A DNA stretch of 64,000 nt from Callorhinchus milii (Eukaryota): NCBI RefSeq assembly GCF_018977255.1, contig NW_024704812.1, forward strand, positions 186,001 through 250,000, written 5' to 3'. Below the pieces are notes generated by a model. The model had not been told where the DNA came from, did no database searches, and worked only from the letters and a program-made list of their open reading frames with translations. This document shows positions 14,161 through 27,200 of the stretch, in pieces. Made by a program: the position numbers and the translations under genes. The first letter of the stretch is position 1, and the number at the start of each line of letters is the position of its first letter.

Positions 14161-14487
14161 CCTTGCATTTGATATAGTGCTTTTCACGTCGGACGTCCCA
14201 AAGCGCTTCACAGAAGACACTGTAAAGTGAATTGACTGTATATTAGTGAGCGAAGTCTTAGAGAGAGGAGACACAGAGACTCACACACATCAAGACACAC
14301 AGAGAGACAGATAGACACACACACACACAGTATATAGTTTGTGACACGACATGTGTAGCGACTGCCAGGATGGTGGGAGATGAACGAGATGGACCTTTGC
14401 TTATGTTGTTACCAGTAACTCACCCAAATTAGTGACCAGAATGAGCAGAGCAGCCACCAACATCCTCGCGGCTGGAAACCACCACAT
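1465..14487 (-). CDS. Gene A: 11-exon CEACAM/VSIG10L-like Ig receptor (L-V-A1-A2-B-C-D-TM-3 cytoplasmic exons, ITAM); one 1-nt frameshift in exon 6 as assembled
   Basis: 11 exons with canonical AG/GT boundaries and matching phases (Ig exons all phase 1-1); ~687 aa once the indel at ~6163 is corrected; exon set paralogous to genes B-E. Confidence 0.85.
1963..3023 (-). mobile_element. 5'-truncated L2 LINE (RT C-terminal part) nested in an older L2; gene A only
   Basis: [54 protein letters not shown] motifs; (GTT)n tail at 1963-1980. Confidence 0.85.
3402..3446 (-). CDS. Gene A exon 10, [15 protein letters not shown] (first half of ITAM)
   Basis: 45 nt, phase 0-0, TTTTAG / GTGAGG, conserved in 4 copies. 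Confidence 0.8.
3773..3828 (-). CDS. Gene A exon 9, cytoplasmic [19 protein letters not shown]
   Basis: 56 nt, phase 1 to 0, TTTTCCAG acceptor and GTAAGT donor. Confidence 0.8.
4075..4660. repeat. GA-rich polypurine low-complexity tract with (AG)n at 4303-4349 (paralogs ~19995-20740, 38290-38700, 53720-54640)
   Basis: degenerate GAGAGACTGATAGAGAG units in the TM to cytoplasmic-1 intron. Confidence 0.85.
4734..4832 (-). CDS. Gene A exon 8, transmembrane helix
   Basis: 99 nt; [28 protein letters not shown] then RKRKE. Confidence 0.9.
5322..5636 (-). CDS. Gene A exon 7, membrane-proximal Ig domain
   Basis: 315 nt; [15 protein letters not shown]; GTAAGT donor. Confidence 0.9.
5978..6216 (-). 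CDS. Gene A exon 6, short VSIG10-like Ig domain (CSWAGGVP); 1-nt deletion
   Basis: 239 nt versus 240 in C and D; G run has 3 rather than 4 bases at 6162-6164. Confidence 0.8.
6750..7040 (-). CDS. Gene A exon 5, CEACAM B-like Ig domain (YGPD junction)
   Basis: 291 nt; spliced T+AT GGC CCT GAT = YGPD; VTLNC..W..SGDYTC. Confidence 0.9.
7130..7890 (+). mobile_element. L2 LINE fragment (mirror copy ~50490-51245, minus)
   Basis: [48 protein letters not shown]; TTG tail. Confidence 0.8.
8550..8855 (+). mobile_element. tRNA-derived Deu-domain-type SINE (representative; dozens of full and partial copies, e.g. 1-229, 9715-10066, 13570-13941, 14900-15298, 16510-16880, 42970-43370, 58915-59300, 60095-60460)
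   Basis: A/B boxes, GGCAAGTTTCCTTACTCCACAC core, TGTGGGACACTGCTGTGCGCAATTGGCTG segment, L2-like GGCGCTATATCAAATGCAAGG(ATT)n tail. Confidence 0.85.
9238..9522 (-). CDS. Gene A exon 4, IgC2/I domain A2 (duplicate of A1)
   Basis: 285 nt; ends KPVKLVIT with GTGAGT donor. Confidence 0.9.
11101..11334. mobile_element. Penelope-like inverted-repeat insertion with 10-bp TSD; gene A only
   Basis: ~90-nt arms 11101-11189 and 11203-11290; ATTGGTCCAA at 11091-11100 and 11335-11344. Confidence 0.7.
11350..11634 (-). CDS. Gene A exon 3, IgC2/I domain A1
   Basis: 285 nt; [26 protein letters not shown]. Confidence 0.9.
12904..13224 (-). CDS. Gene A exon 2, Cys-free IgV (CEACAM N-like) domain
   Basis: 321 nt open; [23 protein letters not shown] with no B/F-strand cysteines. 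Confidence 0.9.
14424..14487 (-). CDS. Gene A exon 1, signal peptide [21 protein letters not shown]
   Basis: 64 nt, ATG to phase-1 GTGAGT donor; hydrophobic leader conserved in D and E; second in-frame ATG at 14463. Confidence 0.8.
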
Positions 14488-15374
14488 ATACACGTTAGGG
14501 AGAGAGACAGAGACAAACTGAATATGGGCTGTCACCTGAACGCAGGGCAGAGTCTGCTGTTAATCATTACTGTTACTGTGGAGAGACCCTGACACTGGCT
14601 CTAATGGCACCCGGTGCACTTTCACTTTGTCAGGAATTAATATGTTAATTTATGAGATAAATAGTTTTGCTTCCTGTAAGACACACTTTACGCCCTCACT
14701 ATTTTTAATATTATTATAATAATAATCCTTGCATTTGACACAGCGCCTTATCACGTTTTTGAGACTTCTCAAAGTGCTTCACAGGATACACTGGGAAATG
14801 TAGGGACTGTTTTGTGGGAGAAACGCAGCAGCCAATTCCGCACAGCAATGTTCCACAAACAGTAGAGGATTGAGTGCCTTAATAGTTACAAAAAATTTTG
14901 AATAATCCTTCCATCTGATACAGCGCCTTATCACATCTTCGGAACGTCTCAAAGCGCTTCACAGGATACGCTGTAAGGTGGAGTGACTGTGTGTTTTGGA
15001 GGCTGAAACATGGCAGCCAATTGCACACAGCGACGTCTCCACAAACAGTTGTGGATTGAGTGACCACATTATTGTTATTTTTTTGAAGTTATTATTACCC
15101 CCAGAAACGCATTCCGCCAATCGACTGACGACCGGGTTCCTACTGACTGCTGGTAAACAGGGGCGTGAGTAACAAGTGTGTGTGTGTGGGGGGGTAAGGA
15201 AACTTGCTTAAGGTTTTGCCCTGACACACCTGGGAATCGAACCCAGATCCGTTCGCTTGCGAGGCGAGCGCTCTAACCCCTGAGCTACAGGGACTCCACA
15301 AGATACTCACTGAGACACAAGTTTAGTGTGTGTTTTGTGATGTGTTCAGTGACTGTTTAGGGATGTGTTCAGGG

Positions 15375-15800
15375 TCATGTTTCGTTACCCCATCACCCCC
15401 ATCTTCGCCCGGCTCCACTGGCTCCCCATCACTGAGAGAGTACAGTTCAAGCTCCTGGTCCTCACCTTCGAAGCACTCCATGGCCTCACTCCCCCCCACC
15501 TCTGTGAACTCCTAACTAAGCCCCTACCAACCTGTCCATTCTCTCCACTCAGTAGGCTCCGGCCGGCTTCACATCCCCCACCCGCCTCCCCCACCATTGG
15601 CTGTCGGGCCTTCAGCCTCTCCACCCCCTCTCTCGCCTCCTTCAAGGCCAGTTTCAAGACCTTCCTCGTCGACCATCACATCTTTGGTCACTGTCCTACC
15701 CTCACTCTCCCAGTCCTCTACCCTTCCTGATCCCAACCCCCAACCTGGGTATAAACCTCTGACTGTCCAGCGCCTTGGGACGTCCTCCTGACATGAACAT
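15375..15800 (+). mobile_element. L2 LINE fragment (copies ~42470-42890 and ~58410-58850, minus)
   Basis: [33 protein letters not shown]. Confidence 0.75.
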
Positions 15801-16136
15801 AATAATCATTGCATTTGATATCGCGCCTTATCACGTTGTCGAGACATCTCATTCATAGAACAGACTGTAGAGTGGAGTGACTGTGTATTTTGTAGCCAAA
15901 ACACGGCAACCAATTATCATGTCATTGAAGTGGCTCAAGGAGCTTAGCAGGATATGCTACTGTAAAGTGTAGTGACTGTGTGTTCAGTGACTGTGTAGTG
16001 ACTGTCAGGGATAGTGTGCACCCCACCACACTCCTAACCTCTGACACAAGATGGAATTATTGCGGTCAAACCAAAGGAATTTTATTACCAGAAGAAGATA
16101 ACAAGAGAGAAATGTGGAGAGACGAGAGAAGCTGAG

Positions 16137-16507
16137 ATTGTTCTCCTTAGAGCAAGAGGAGGATAGGGGAGATCTAATATAGGTGTTCAAAATGATGAGG
16201 GGTTTTGATAGAGTAAATAGGGAGAAACTGTTTCCACTGGTGTGTGGGTCAGTAACGGGAGAACATAGATTTAATATAATTGGGAAAAGAACCAGAGGGG
16301 AGACGAGGGGATATTTACGCAGCGATTTGTTACGGTCTGGAACGCACTGCCGGAAAGGGAATTGGACAGGGACTTGAAAAGGAAAAATATGCAGAGATAC
16401 GGGGTAGGAGCGGGGGAGTGGGACTGATTGGGCAGCTCTTTCAAAGAACCGGCACAGACACGATGGGCTGAATGGCTTCCGCCTGTGCTGTAAGATTCTG
16501 TGATTCC
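16137..16507 (+). mobile_element. CR1 LINE 3' end (copies 41727-42133 and 57670-58075, minus)
   Basis: FKMMRGFDRVNREKLFPLV..WNALP-type ORF2 end and GATGGGCTGAATGG..GATTCTGTGATTC tail. Confidence 0.85.
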
Positions 16508-18149
16508 ATAATAATAATAATAATAATCATTTGATATAGCGCCTTAACACGTCTTCGAGATCTCAGAGCTCTTCACAGAATACACTGTAAAGTGAATTGA
16601 CTGTATATTTGTGGGTGAAACGCGGCAGACAATTGCGCACAGCAGTGTCCTACAAACAGTCGTGGATCGAAGTAGCCAATATATTATTTTTTGTAAGGAT
16701 TATTACCCCCAGAAAAGTAATCCACCAGTCGACTAACAACCGTATTCTTACTTACTGCAGTGTAAACAGAGGCGTGTGCGTGTGAAATAAGGACATTATG
16801 CCCCGACCCGCCCAGGAATCGAACAAAGGTCCTCTCGCTTGTGAGGCGAGTGCTGTAACCACTGAGCTGCAGGACTCCAACGATAAAACCCCTGACAGGT
16901 TAACCACCCGGAGCTCAGTGACCTGTGAGTTAGGAATGTCTGGAGTTAATCGCTGTACAGCTCAAAGGTTTCAGTTGGTTTGAAGCAGTGATTTCATGTG
17001 GAAGTGAAAGCCATTGTAAGATTAGCTCACTCATAAAGCTGGCTCGTGGCCTCAGATTCCTGTACCTTGTCCTGTACCAGCTGACTGGGATAATAATGGT
17101 AATAACAACAATAATAATAATAATAATAATAATCCTTGCATTTGATATACGCTTTTCACGTCTTCTAGACGTCTCAAAGCGCTTCACAGAATAGTGAATT
17201 GACTACATTTGTAGGTGAAACACAGCAGCCAATTGTACACAGCAGTGTCCCACAAACAGTCGTGGATTGGAATGACCAATTTATTATTGTTTTTTTTGAG
17301 GGATTATTATCAGGGTGTGGAGTAAGGAAACTTGTCCAAGGCCTCGCCCGGCCAGGAATCGAACTCAGGTCTCTCACTAATAATAATAGTAATAATAGTA
17401 ATTCTTGCAAAAAAGACAAATTGGTCACTTCAATCCGCAACTGTTTGTGGGCACCTCTGTGCACGTGCAATTAATTGGCTGCTGACTAACAAGCGAGGTC
17501 CTACTTACTGCTTGGTAAACAGAGGCAAACGCGTGTNNNNNNNNNNNNNNNNNNNNNNNNNNNNNNNNNNNNNNNNNNNNNNNNNNNNNNNNNNNNNNNN
17601 NNNNNNNNNNNNNNNNNNNNNNNNNNNNNNNNNNNNNNNNNNNNNNNNNNNNNNNNNNNNNNNNNNCTACGTTTCACCCTGAATACTGAACTCCTGGTAA
17701 ATAACATTAACTTCTCAGTGAGCCGATAAGTCACAACAACAACAACTTGTATTTACACAGCGCCCTTTATGAGGGTAGCGTCTCGGAGTGGTGGAGCCTG
17801 ACGCAGAGCCAGTTGGAGGGGAGAGACAGGCAGAAGGTGACCGTGAGCATGGTCAAAGAGAAAGATTTTCAGTCTTGATCTAAAAGAGGGGGAAGGATAG
17901 GAGAGGGGAGGAAAGGGGGAAAGGCGGAGGGATCGGTGGAGAGAGCTCCAAAGTCTGACAATACGACCCCCATGATGGATCAGAGGGCACGAGGGACACG
18001 CAGGAGGCCGGAGGCAGCCGAGAGGAGGCAGTGGGTAGTGGGTTGGGGGGGTCAGCAGGTCGGAGAGAGAGGTAGGGAGGTGCCAGAGCCTGAAGAGATT
18101 TGTAGATGATTGAAAGGATCTTGAAATCGATCTACGTTGTCACAGCTAT

Positions 18150-18212
18150 CTACTTCCTGGTGCCATTACGACGTAAATTGTGATAAATATCTTTTTGGTG
18201 CTTTCCAAGGTC
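18150..18212 (-). CDS. Gene B last exon [20 protein letters not shown]-stop
   Basis: 63 nt including TAG. Confidence 0.8.
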   Translation of the reverse strand, partial: DLGKHQKDIYHNLRRNGTRK

Positions 18213-21200
18213 CTGAAACACAATGCAGATCGGACAGACCATTACTAACAACATTTTACACTGAACCTTTCACATCAGGAGGACGTCCCAAGGACCTGGA
18301 CAGTCAGGGATTTGGATCTGAGCTGTGGGTTGGGATCAGGACGGGGTGGATGGTGGCGAGGTAGGGGTTAGGAAGGTGACCAGGTTGAAGAGGAAAGTCT
18401 TGTGACAGGCCTTGAAGGAGGTGAGGGAGTGATGGGGTGGGATGGAGGGACTGTGGGATGGAGTTCCAGAGGGTGGGGCAGAGTAACTGAAGGCCCAACC
18501 GATGGTGGGGCAGGTGAGGCGGGGGATGTGAAGCAGGCCGGAGCCCGCTGAGCAGAGAGAGCGGACAGGTTGTTAGGGGGTATGGGGAGCTGCAGAGTTA
18601 GTTCTGGATGATCTGCAGTTTGTAGAGGGAGGCGTTGGGAGGCCGACAAGCAGGGAGGGGCAAAGTCAAGCCTGTTTGTGGTGAACACATGGATGAGGGC
18701 CTCGGTGGCCTGCGGTGAGAGACAGTGGCGAGCCGGGCAATATGGCGGAGGTGGGGAAGGCATATCAGGTCATGGCACGGATGAGGGGATGAAGGACAGT
18801 TTAGGGTCGTAAAGGACAGAGTTGGGACAGCAAGAGACTGAGCCGGGCTGACACACTGTCCGTGTCAGCCATTTGTTTCCTCACCATGTAAGGGCCTGAA
18901 TCCTTCTGGGAGACATTGGCAGAGGAAGCCTAAAATATAACCAAACACAGTTTAGCTATTCATTAGCAATGTCGTTAGCAGTAAATAATAATAACCATTG
19001 CATTTCATACAGTGCCTTATCACGTCTTCATAACATCTCAAAGCGCTTCACAGGATACAACAACAACAACAACAAGATTCCATTTATAAAGCGCCTTTCA
19101 CGTCAGGAGGACGTCCCAAGCGCTGCACAGTTGGGTCATGACCCGAGCAGGGGGGAAATGGTCAGGGTAAGGGGAGGGAAGGGAGGGAGCGAGGAGGGGG
19201 AAGAGAGTCGAGAGGGGAGCTGAAGGCTCGGTCAAAGAGAAAGGTTTTGAGACCGGCCTTGAAGGAGGAAAGGGAGGAAGCGGCGAAGGCACTGGGGGAT
19301 AGAGTTCCAGAGCCTGGGGCTGAGAGGCTGAAGGCCCGACCACCGATGGTAGGGCGATTGGGGCGGGGGACGTGGAGCAGACCGGAGCCAGAGGAACGGA
19401 GGGTACGGGCAGGTAGGTAGGGGGATAGTAGGTCGGAGAGGTAGGAGGGAGCGAGGCCGTGAATGGCCTTGTAGGTGAGGATGAGGATCTTGAAATCTTG
19501 ATACACGGTAAAGAGTAGTGACTGTGTGGTTTCAAAAATAATAATAATCGTTGCATTTGATACAGTGCCTTATCACGTCTTTGAGTCGTATCAAAGGGGA
19601 GTCAATTGCCTAAGGTTTTGCCCTGTCCGGGAAACAAAACCGGATCCTCTCGCTTGAGAGGCGAGGGCTCTAACCACTGAGCTACAGGACTGCACAGCAC
19701 TTACTCTGACATCAATGGTCTCGTAGTATGGTTCACCCTCTGTCTCTTGCTGTGTTTTGGCTGGAAAATAAACAACAACTTGTTTATTCAAAGGCACAGC
19801 CTCTGATGGTGGGATGGAGGGAACGAGGGACAAATAGGAGGCCGGTGTGGGGGCGGTGGGGGGTGAGCAGGTCGGAGAGGTAGGGAGGTGCCAGGGCATG
19901 AAGGGGTTTGAAAACGAGTGAGAGGATCTTGAAATCGTAGAAAATCTTGAAAATATACAAGAGTTTGTACATTTGCTGAACCGGTGAACTTGGAGAGAAA
20001 CGGAGAAGGAGGCACTGATAGAGAGACAGAGAGAGAGAGAGAGATTGGTAGTGAGAGATAGGGTTAAAGCCTGACAGAAAGACAAAGAGGGAGCGATTGA
20101 AAGAGAGAGGGGGAGATGGATGGATAGAGACTGATAGAGAGTGAGATGGAGGGTGATAGAGAGACAGGGGTAGAGGCTGATAGAAAGGAGAGGGTGAAAT
20201 GGAGTGGGAGAGACTGATAGAGAGAGAGAGAAAGATGGAGGGGGAGAGACTGATGGAGGAAGAGTGAGACGGAGAGGGTAGAGACTGATTGAGTTTGTGA
20301 TGGAGGTGGATAGAGACTAATAGAGGGAGTGTGAGACAGAGGGAGAGACTGACAGAGTGAGATAAAGAGGGAGAGACTGAAAGTGAGAGAGAGTGAGACG
20401 GAGGAGGAGTGATTGATAGCGAGAGGGGGAGATGGATGGATAGAGACTGACAGAGAGTGAGATGGAGGGTGATAGAGAGAGAGGGGTAGAAACTGATAGA
20501 AAAGAGTGGGTGAAATGGAGAGGGAGAGACTGAGAGTGATGGAGGGTGACAGAGAGAAGGGGTAGAAGACTGATAGAAAAGAGAGGGTGAAATGGGAGGG
20601 GGAGAGGCTGATAGAGAGAGAGAGACAAAGTGGGAGAGACTGATAGTGAAAGAGAGTGAGATGGAGGGGCTAGAGACAGATAGAGAGAGACGGAGGGGTA
20701 AGAGACTGCAGAGAGAGAGGACAGTGAGAGGGTGAGTGGCTGAGGGGGGTCTGGGCTGGTATAATAAACTACAGAACATGAAGGTGAAAGGTTTTCCTGT
20801 GTATATACGGCCTCACCTTCCTTACGTTTCCTGTAAACGTACACCACAGCGAGTGTTGCAATGACCACCACAGCCCACAGCCCCCACATTGTCCCCACTA
20901 TCAGGGCCACATTCACTGCGGAGAGAAAACACCTTCACTGTCTCTCTATTAGATTATACTCTCGTAACATAGAGACCACAGCACAGACCTCATGTAAATC
21001 ATAGCAATCCTCGCATTTGATACAGCGCCTTATCACGTTGTTGTAAAGTGTAGTAACTGTGTATTTTTGTGGGCGGACACAGCAGCCAATTGCGCACAGC
21101 GGTGACCCACAAACAGTCGTGGATTGATTGACCCAGATTTTTTGTTTTTTTGGAGGGATTATGACCCCCAGAAAGTGAACCGTCAATTGACTAACAGCGG

Positions 21201-21266
21201 GTTCCTACCTACTGCTGATAAACAGAGTGCACATCTGTGTGTGTATGTGTGTCTATGTGTGTCTGC

Positions 21267-21298
<32 letters not shown>

Positions 21299-24200
21299 TG
21301 TGGGTGTGTGTCTGTGTGTGTGTCAAATATCAATAAACTTACCTCCGCCTTTCAAAGTCACGTCAAATTGGAGAAGTTCTCTCCCTTGCGTTAGTGACAC
21401 GGCATTGATATGTGCCCTGATCGGTTTGCCTGGAATTTACTGATGAGCAGTTTAGAGAAGGTAGTCCTGAGGTATGTTGAAACTTGTCGTCAGAGCCCAG
21501 TGATGGAAGTTGTCTTCCTTCGACCATGTAAGTGTGCGGGCAGCAGGCCAGGGTCTGACACCCGCACTGTGTCTGTCAGTGACACGTCTAAGGTCACATC
21601 TGCCTCCTTCCCCACTTCCACCTGAGGCTCAGACCCTGACGCTCTCTGGGGTTTATCTGTGTAACAGCACAGACAGCGTTCAGCAAAACAGCAACACAGT
21701 CACCCCAACAGTCAGTAGGAATAATAATAATCCTCCTGTTTGATACAGCGCCTTATCACGCCATCGAGACATCTTAAATCCCATCTAAAGACCTTCCTCT
21801 TCGACCAACCCGCACATTCAGGCCACCCTCCCACCCCCAAAACCCACCCCCCCCTGTCCTCCACCCCCTCCTGCCCCCAACTCCCAGCTCAGGTCCAAAA
21901 ACCCTGACTGTGCAGCGTCCTGGAACATCTTTTGCGACGTTGAAGGGGCGCTATACAAGTGTAAATTTGTCATCGTTGTTGCTGTTTCCAGCCCCTCAAG
22001 TCCTCACCAATAACTATAGAGCATTGACTGTCAGAGACAACATGGCGTCCAACACATGTGAAGATCTCCTCGGGAGCTGAGCTGATCCTTTGTGATGGTG
22101 ACATTCCCCTCGTTTGTCGCATTGACAGTCGTCTGTCCAACCTTCAGCTGAAGGACAGAGTCTGGCACCCCACCAGCCCAGGAGCACATCAACACCAATG
22201 CTGTTCCTTTATCTGCTGCTCCCGCATGTGATCCGCTGTGTGGGAGCCCCTTGAACAAGGCAAAGACAAACAGTCCAGTTATTGGCTCCACCTTGAGTTG
22301 TCCCCACCCTCGCCCGGCTCCACTGGCTCCCCATCCCTCAGAGGATACTGTTCAAGATCCTGGTGCTCAGCTTTAAAGCCCTCCATGGCCTCACTCCTCC
22401 CTCCCTACCTCTGTGACCTCCTAATCCCTGACCAACCGGTCCGCTCCCTCTGCTTAGCGGGCTCCCGGCCTGCTCCATGTTCCCCGCCCGCCCATCCCCT
22501 TCAGCCTCTCTGACCCACCCTCTGAAACTCCCACAATCCCTCTGCCACGCCTCCCTCACCTCCTTCGAAACCTATCTCAAGATCCTCCTCTTCGACAGAC
22601 CGTGCCTTCGGTCACCCTCCTACACCCATCTCCCTGCCCTCCAACCCTCCTGATAGCAACCCCAGCTCAGATGTGGGTCCCTGACTGTCCAGCGCCTTGA
22701 GACATCCTCCTGACGTGAAAGCCACTGTGTAAATGCCATGTGTTGTTATTTAGACAGTGCCAATTTTGACTGAGATCTAACTCACTGTACACGAGGATTG
22801 AAACCTTCTCCGTGTGGCTAATCGTGGTGTAATCATTCTTCACATTGCAAGTGTAATCCCCGCTGTTGTTGAACGTGAGGCTCTCTATAGGCAGCAGTGA
22901 GGTGTTGCCGGCAATGACTGTGGTGTTATGTGTCCACCTGTAGTTACACTCTGGGAAACATTTCGTCTGACAGTTGAGCGTCACTAAATCTCCCTCCTTC
23001 CCACAGTACTGTCCTGGGACCAAACTGTCACATATCACTGCCCACTCATATATACTGTGGGTGGATCAGGGCCATCTGAAAGAAAAACATTAAGTGATGA
23101 CATAGATAGATAAATGGGTGGCAGATGATAGTGTGAGAGAAACAGCCTTTTTACATGTATCACAGACCTCCGACTGTTTGTGGGTCCCTCCTGTGCGCAA
23201 TTGGCTGCCGTCCCCCGACCCACCCACCCCACCATTGGCGGGAGAGACTTCAGCCACTCTGCCCCCAACCTCTGGAATCCTATCCCCCAGTCATTCCGCT
23301 TCACGCCCTCCTTAGCCTCCTTCAAGTCACGCCTCAAGACCCTCCTCTTCGACCATGCCATCGGCCATCCCCCTTCCCCGCCCCTCCCTTCTCCCCCCGT
23401 GACTCCAGCTCGGGTCTGAAATGCTGTCACTGTCCAGTGCCTTGGGACATCCTCCCGATGTGAAACACGCTATACAAATGTAATCCTGTTGTTGTTGTTG
23501 TGTTTCATCCATAAAATATACAGTCAATTCACTTTACAGTATATTCTGTGAAGTGATTTGAGACGTGAGGAGGTGTTTTTTTTGGAGGGGTTAATACATT
23601 CGGAAAAGTGATCTGGCAATCGACTAACAAGGGTTCCCGCTTACTGTTAGGTAAACAACAAAATACAACAACAATAATATTACATTTATAGGGCGTCCTT
23701 AACGTCGGGAGGACGTCCCAAGACATTGGCGCTGCTAAACAGTGGGGTGTATGTGTGTGGGGGGGTGGGGGTGGGGGCGAGTGTTGGGTGGAGTAATGTA
23801 CCTGCCTAAGCTTTCGTCCTGACCTGCGCGGGAATCAAACCCAGGTCCTCTCGCTTGATAAGGCGATATATCAAGTGCAAGAATGATTATTATTCTGATG
23901 ATCATGACTATGATCATTATTATTGTTATTATCTTTACTGTTATTGCAGCTCAGGTCACGTGAGGCTGACTTTGGGTCATGGAGTTTAAAGCGAGTCGGG
24001 GTTCCTGCTCCTGGTCCCTAAACTCCCTCTCGGGCTCAAGTGTGGGTGTTGCAGTCTGGTGGGGAGATTAGGTTTGTCTGTGGGGCCCTCTACAGTCAAG
24101 TGGCCGATTGACACTCAGATAGTGATGGGATCTTTAACCTGAACAGGCAGATAGTTTAACGTCTCATCCAAACAGCGGCTCTTCAATGATAATAACAATA

Positions 24201-27200
24201 GTGGAGTCCTGTTGCTCAGTGGTTAGAGCATTTGCCTCGTAAGTGAACTTGAGTTCAATTCCCATCAGGGTGCGAATGCTTGGGCAAGTTTCCTTACTCC
24301 ACACGCCTGATAATAACCCCTCCAGAAAGAAACTAATAGTAAATTGGGCACTTCAATCCACGGCTGTTTTGGGACGACGCTGTGTGCAATTGTGTTTCAC
24401 CCACAAATATACAGTCAATTCACTTTACAATATATTCTGTGAAGCATTTTGAGTTGTCTCAAAGACGTAAAGAGCGCGGCATCAAATGAAAGGTTTATTA
24501 TATTATTTATAGGGCAAAACATTGGGCAAGTTTCCTTACTCCGCACGCCTCTGTTTACCTCGCAGTGTGTGGGGACCCAGTTGTTAGTCGACTGATGGAT
24601 CGCTTTTCCGAGGGTAAAAATTCCTTCAAAAAATAATATTAATGAATTGGTCCCTGAATCCCCAACTGTTTGTGGGACACTGCTGTGTGCAATTGGTTGA
24701 CATTTTATGGAGTGGTTATTACCTCCAGAAAGTGATCCGGCAATGAACTGACAAGTAGGTTCCCACTTACTGCAGGTCAGCAGAGCCATGTCTATGTGTG
24801 TTTCTATGAGTGGAGGAAGGACTATATGAGTTCCAAGTACTGACGTGAGGCTTGAACCCACAACCTTCTGACTTATAGAGAGCTGAGCCAGGCTGGAACA
24901 AGTAGGGATATACGTGGGCCAACTGCACTGTCCTGTTCAGCTCACGTTGATCTGGTTTTAACACCACAGCAAATATACTCACAAGTTATCACCAGCTTCA
25001 CTGGTTTGCTGCTGTCACTGTTCACCGGGTTACTGGCCGCGCAGATAAACCCTCCACTGTCGTTCCTGTGTACGGGGCTGATTGTCAGAGTGCTATTAGC
25101 TGCAGACAGTGTGTAACGTGGGGTTACAGGTAACGGGTGTCCACCCAGTGCCCAGGAATAGGTGGGGAACAATCCCATCGCTGTACACCTCAATGTCGTT
25201 GTGTCTTTATTCTCGATAAATATCTCCTTGTCTGGACTCAGGCTGATGCTCACATTGGACAGCAGAGCTGTAAGATAAAGTGTTTCATTTCATCCGGATT
25301 TACTTTACTTAACACAAAGCTGTTCTGCTTCAGTTCAAGATCCTGGTCCTCACCTTGAATGTCCTCTACAACCTCACTCCTCTCTCCTTACCTCCGCTCC
25401 CTCTGCTCAGCGGGCTCCGGCCTGCTTCATGCCCCCCGCCCACCTGCCCCACCATCAGCGGTTGGGCCTTCAGCCTCTCTGCCCCAATCCACGACTGTTT
25501 GTGGGACACTGCTGTGTGCAATTGGCTGCAGAGTTTCGCCCACAAAATAGACCGGCAATTCACTTTACAGTATATCGTCCCAAAATACATCACTTTGCAC
25601 TTCTCCACATTAAACTTCATCATGTCTGCCCATGTTACCAGTCTGTCTATGTCCTCTTGCAGTCTGTTACTCTCCTCCTCACTGTTTACTACTTTTCTTA
25701 GCTTAGTATCATGTGTGTGGCTCCTGATCACACACTAAACTCTGTACCCCCATCACCCCAGTCCTGCCCAGGCTCCAAACTTGGCAATTGTGCTCTCTAT
25801 ACCCAAGTCCAGGCCACCTTAAAGACCCATTTCAAGGCCTTCCTCTTCGACCGGCCATGCCTCCAGTCATCCTTCTATTCCAACCCTACCCGCCCTCCAC
25901 CCCTCCTTATCCCAACCCCCACCTCGAGTGCGGATCCCTGACTATCCAGTGCCTTGGGACGTCGTCCTGATATGAAAGCCACTGTTGTTGTTTACACCAT
26001 GACATTTTTGACTGAGATAACTAACTCACTGTACACGAGGATTGAAACCTTCTCCGTGCGGCTAATCGTGGTGTAATCATTCTTCACATTGCAAGTGTAA
26101 TCCCCGCTGTTGTTGAACGTGAGGCTCTCTATAGGCAGCTGTGAGGTGTTGCCGGCAATGACTGTGGTGTTATGTGTCCACCTGTAGTTACACTCTGGGA
26201 AACATTTCGTCTGACAGTTGAGGGTCATCAAATCTCCCTCCTTCCCACAGTACTGTCCTGGGACCAAACTGTCACATATCACCTGCCCACTCACAATAAA
26301 GGTGAGTGGATCAGGGCCATCTGAAAGAAAAAGCATTAAACTATGCATAGATAGATAAATGGATGGCAGATGATAGTGTGAGAGAAACAGTCTTTTTACA
26401 TGTATCACAGACCTCTGACTGTTTGTGGGTCGCTGCTGTGTGCAATTGGCTGCTGCGTTTTGCTCATAACATATACAGTCAATTCACTTTACAGTGTATT
26501 CTGTGAAGCGTTTCAGTCGTCCAGAAGACGTGAAAAGCGCTGTATCAAATGCAAGGATTATTATATTATTGATAGAGAAAAACGTCGGCCAAGTTTCCCT
26601 ACTCCCACACACCTCTGTTTACTGAGCAGTAATTAGGAACCCGGTTATTAGTCGATTGGTGGAATCAAACCAAAGTCCTCTCACTTGCGAGGTGAGGGCT
26701 CCAACCACTACAGGACCCCACTGTTTGTTTCTCTATTCACAGCATCAAACCCCAATGTAGAATATTCCAGCATTGCATTGGCGCTTCAGTCTGGACTACA
26801 TGAGTTCCAAGTACTGACGTGAGGCCACAACCTTCTGACTTATAGAGAGCTGAGCCAGGCTGGAACAAGTAGGGATATACGTGGGCCAACTGCACTGTCC
26901 TGTTCAGCTCACGTTGATCTGGTTTTAACACAACAGCAAATATACTCACAAGTTATCACCAGCTTCACTGGTTTGCTGCTGTCACTGCCCACCAGGTGAC
27001 TGGCCGTGCAGATAAACCCTCCACTGTCGCTCCTGTGTACGGGGCTGATTGTCAGAGTGCTATTATCTGCAGACAGTGTGTAACGTGGGGTTACAGGTAA
27101 CGGGTGTCCATCCAGTGCCCAGGAATAGGTGGGGAACGATCCCATTGCTGTACATCTTAGTGTCACTGTGTCTTTATTCTCGATAAATATCTCCTTGTCT

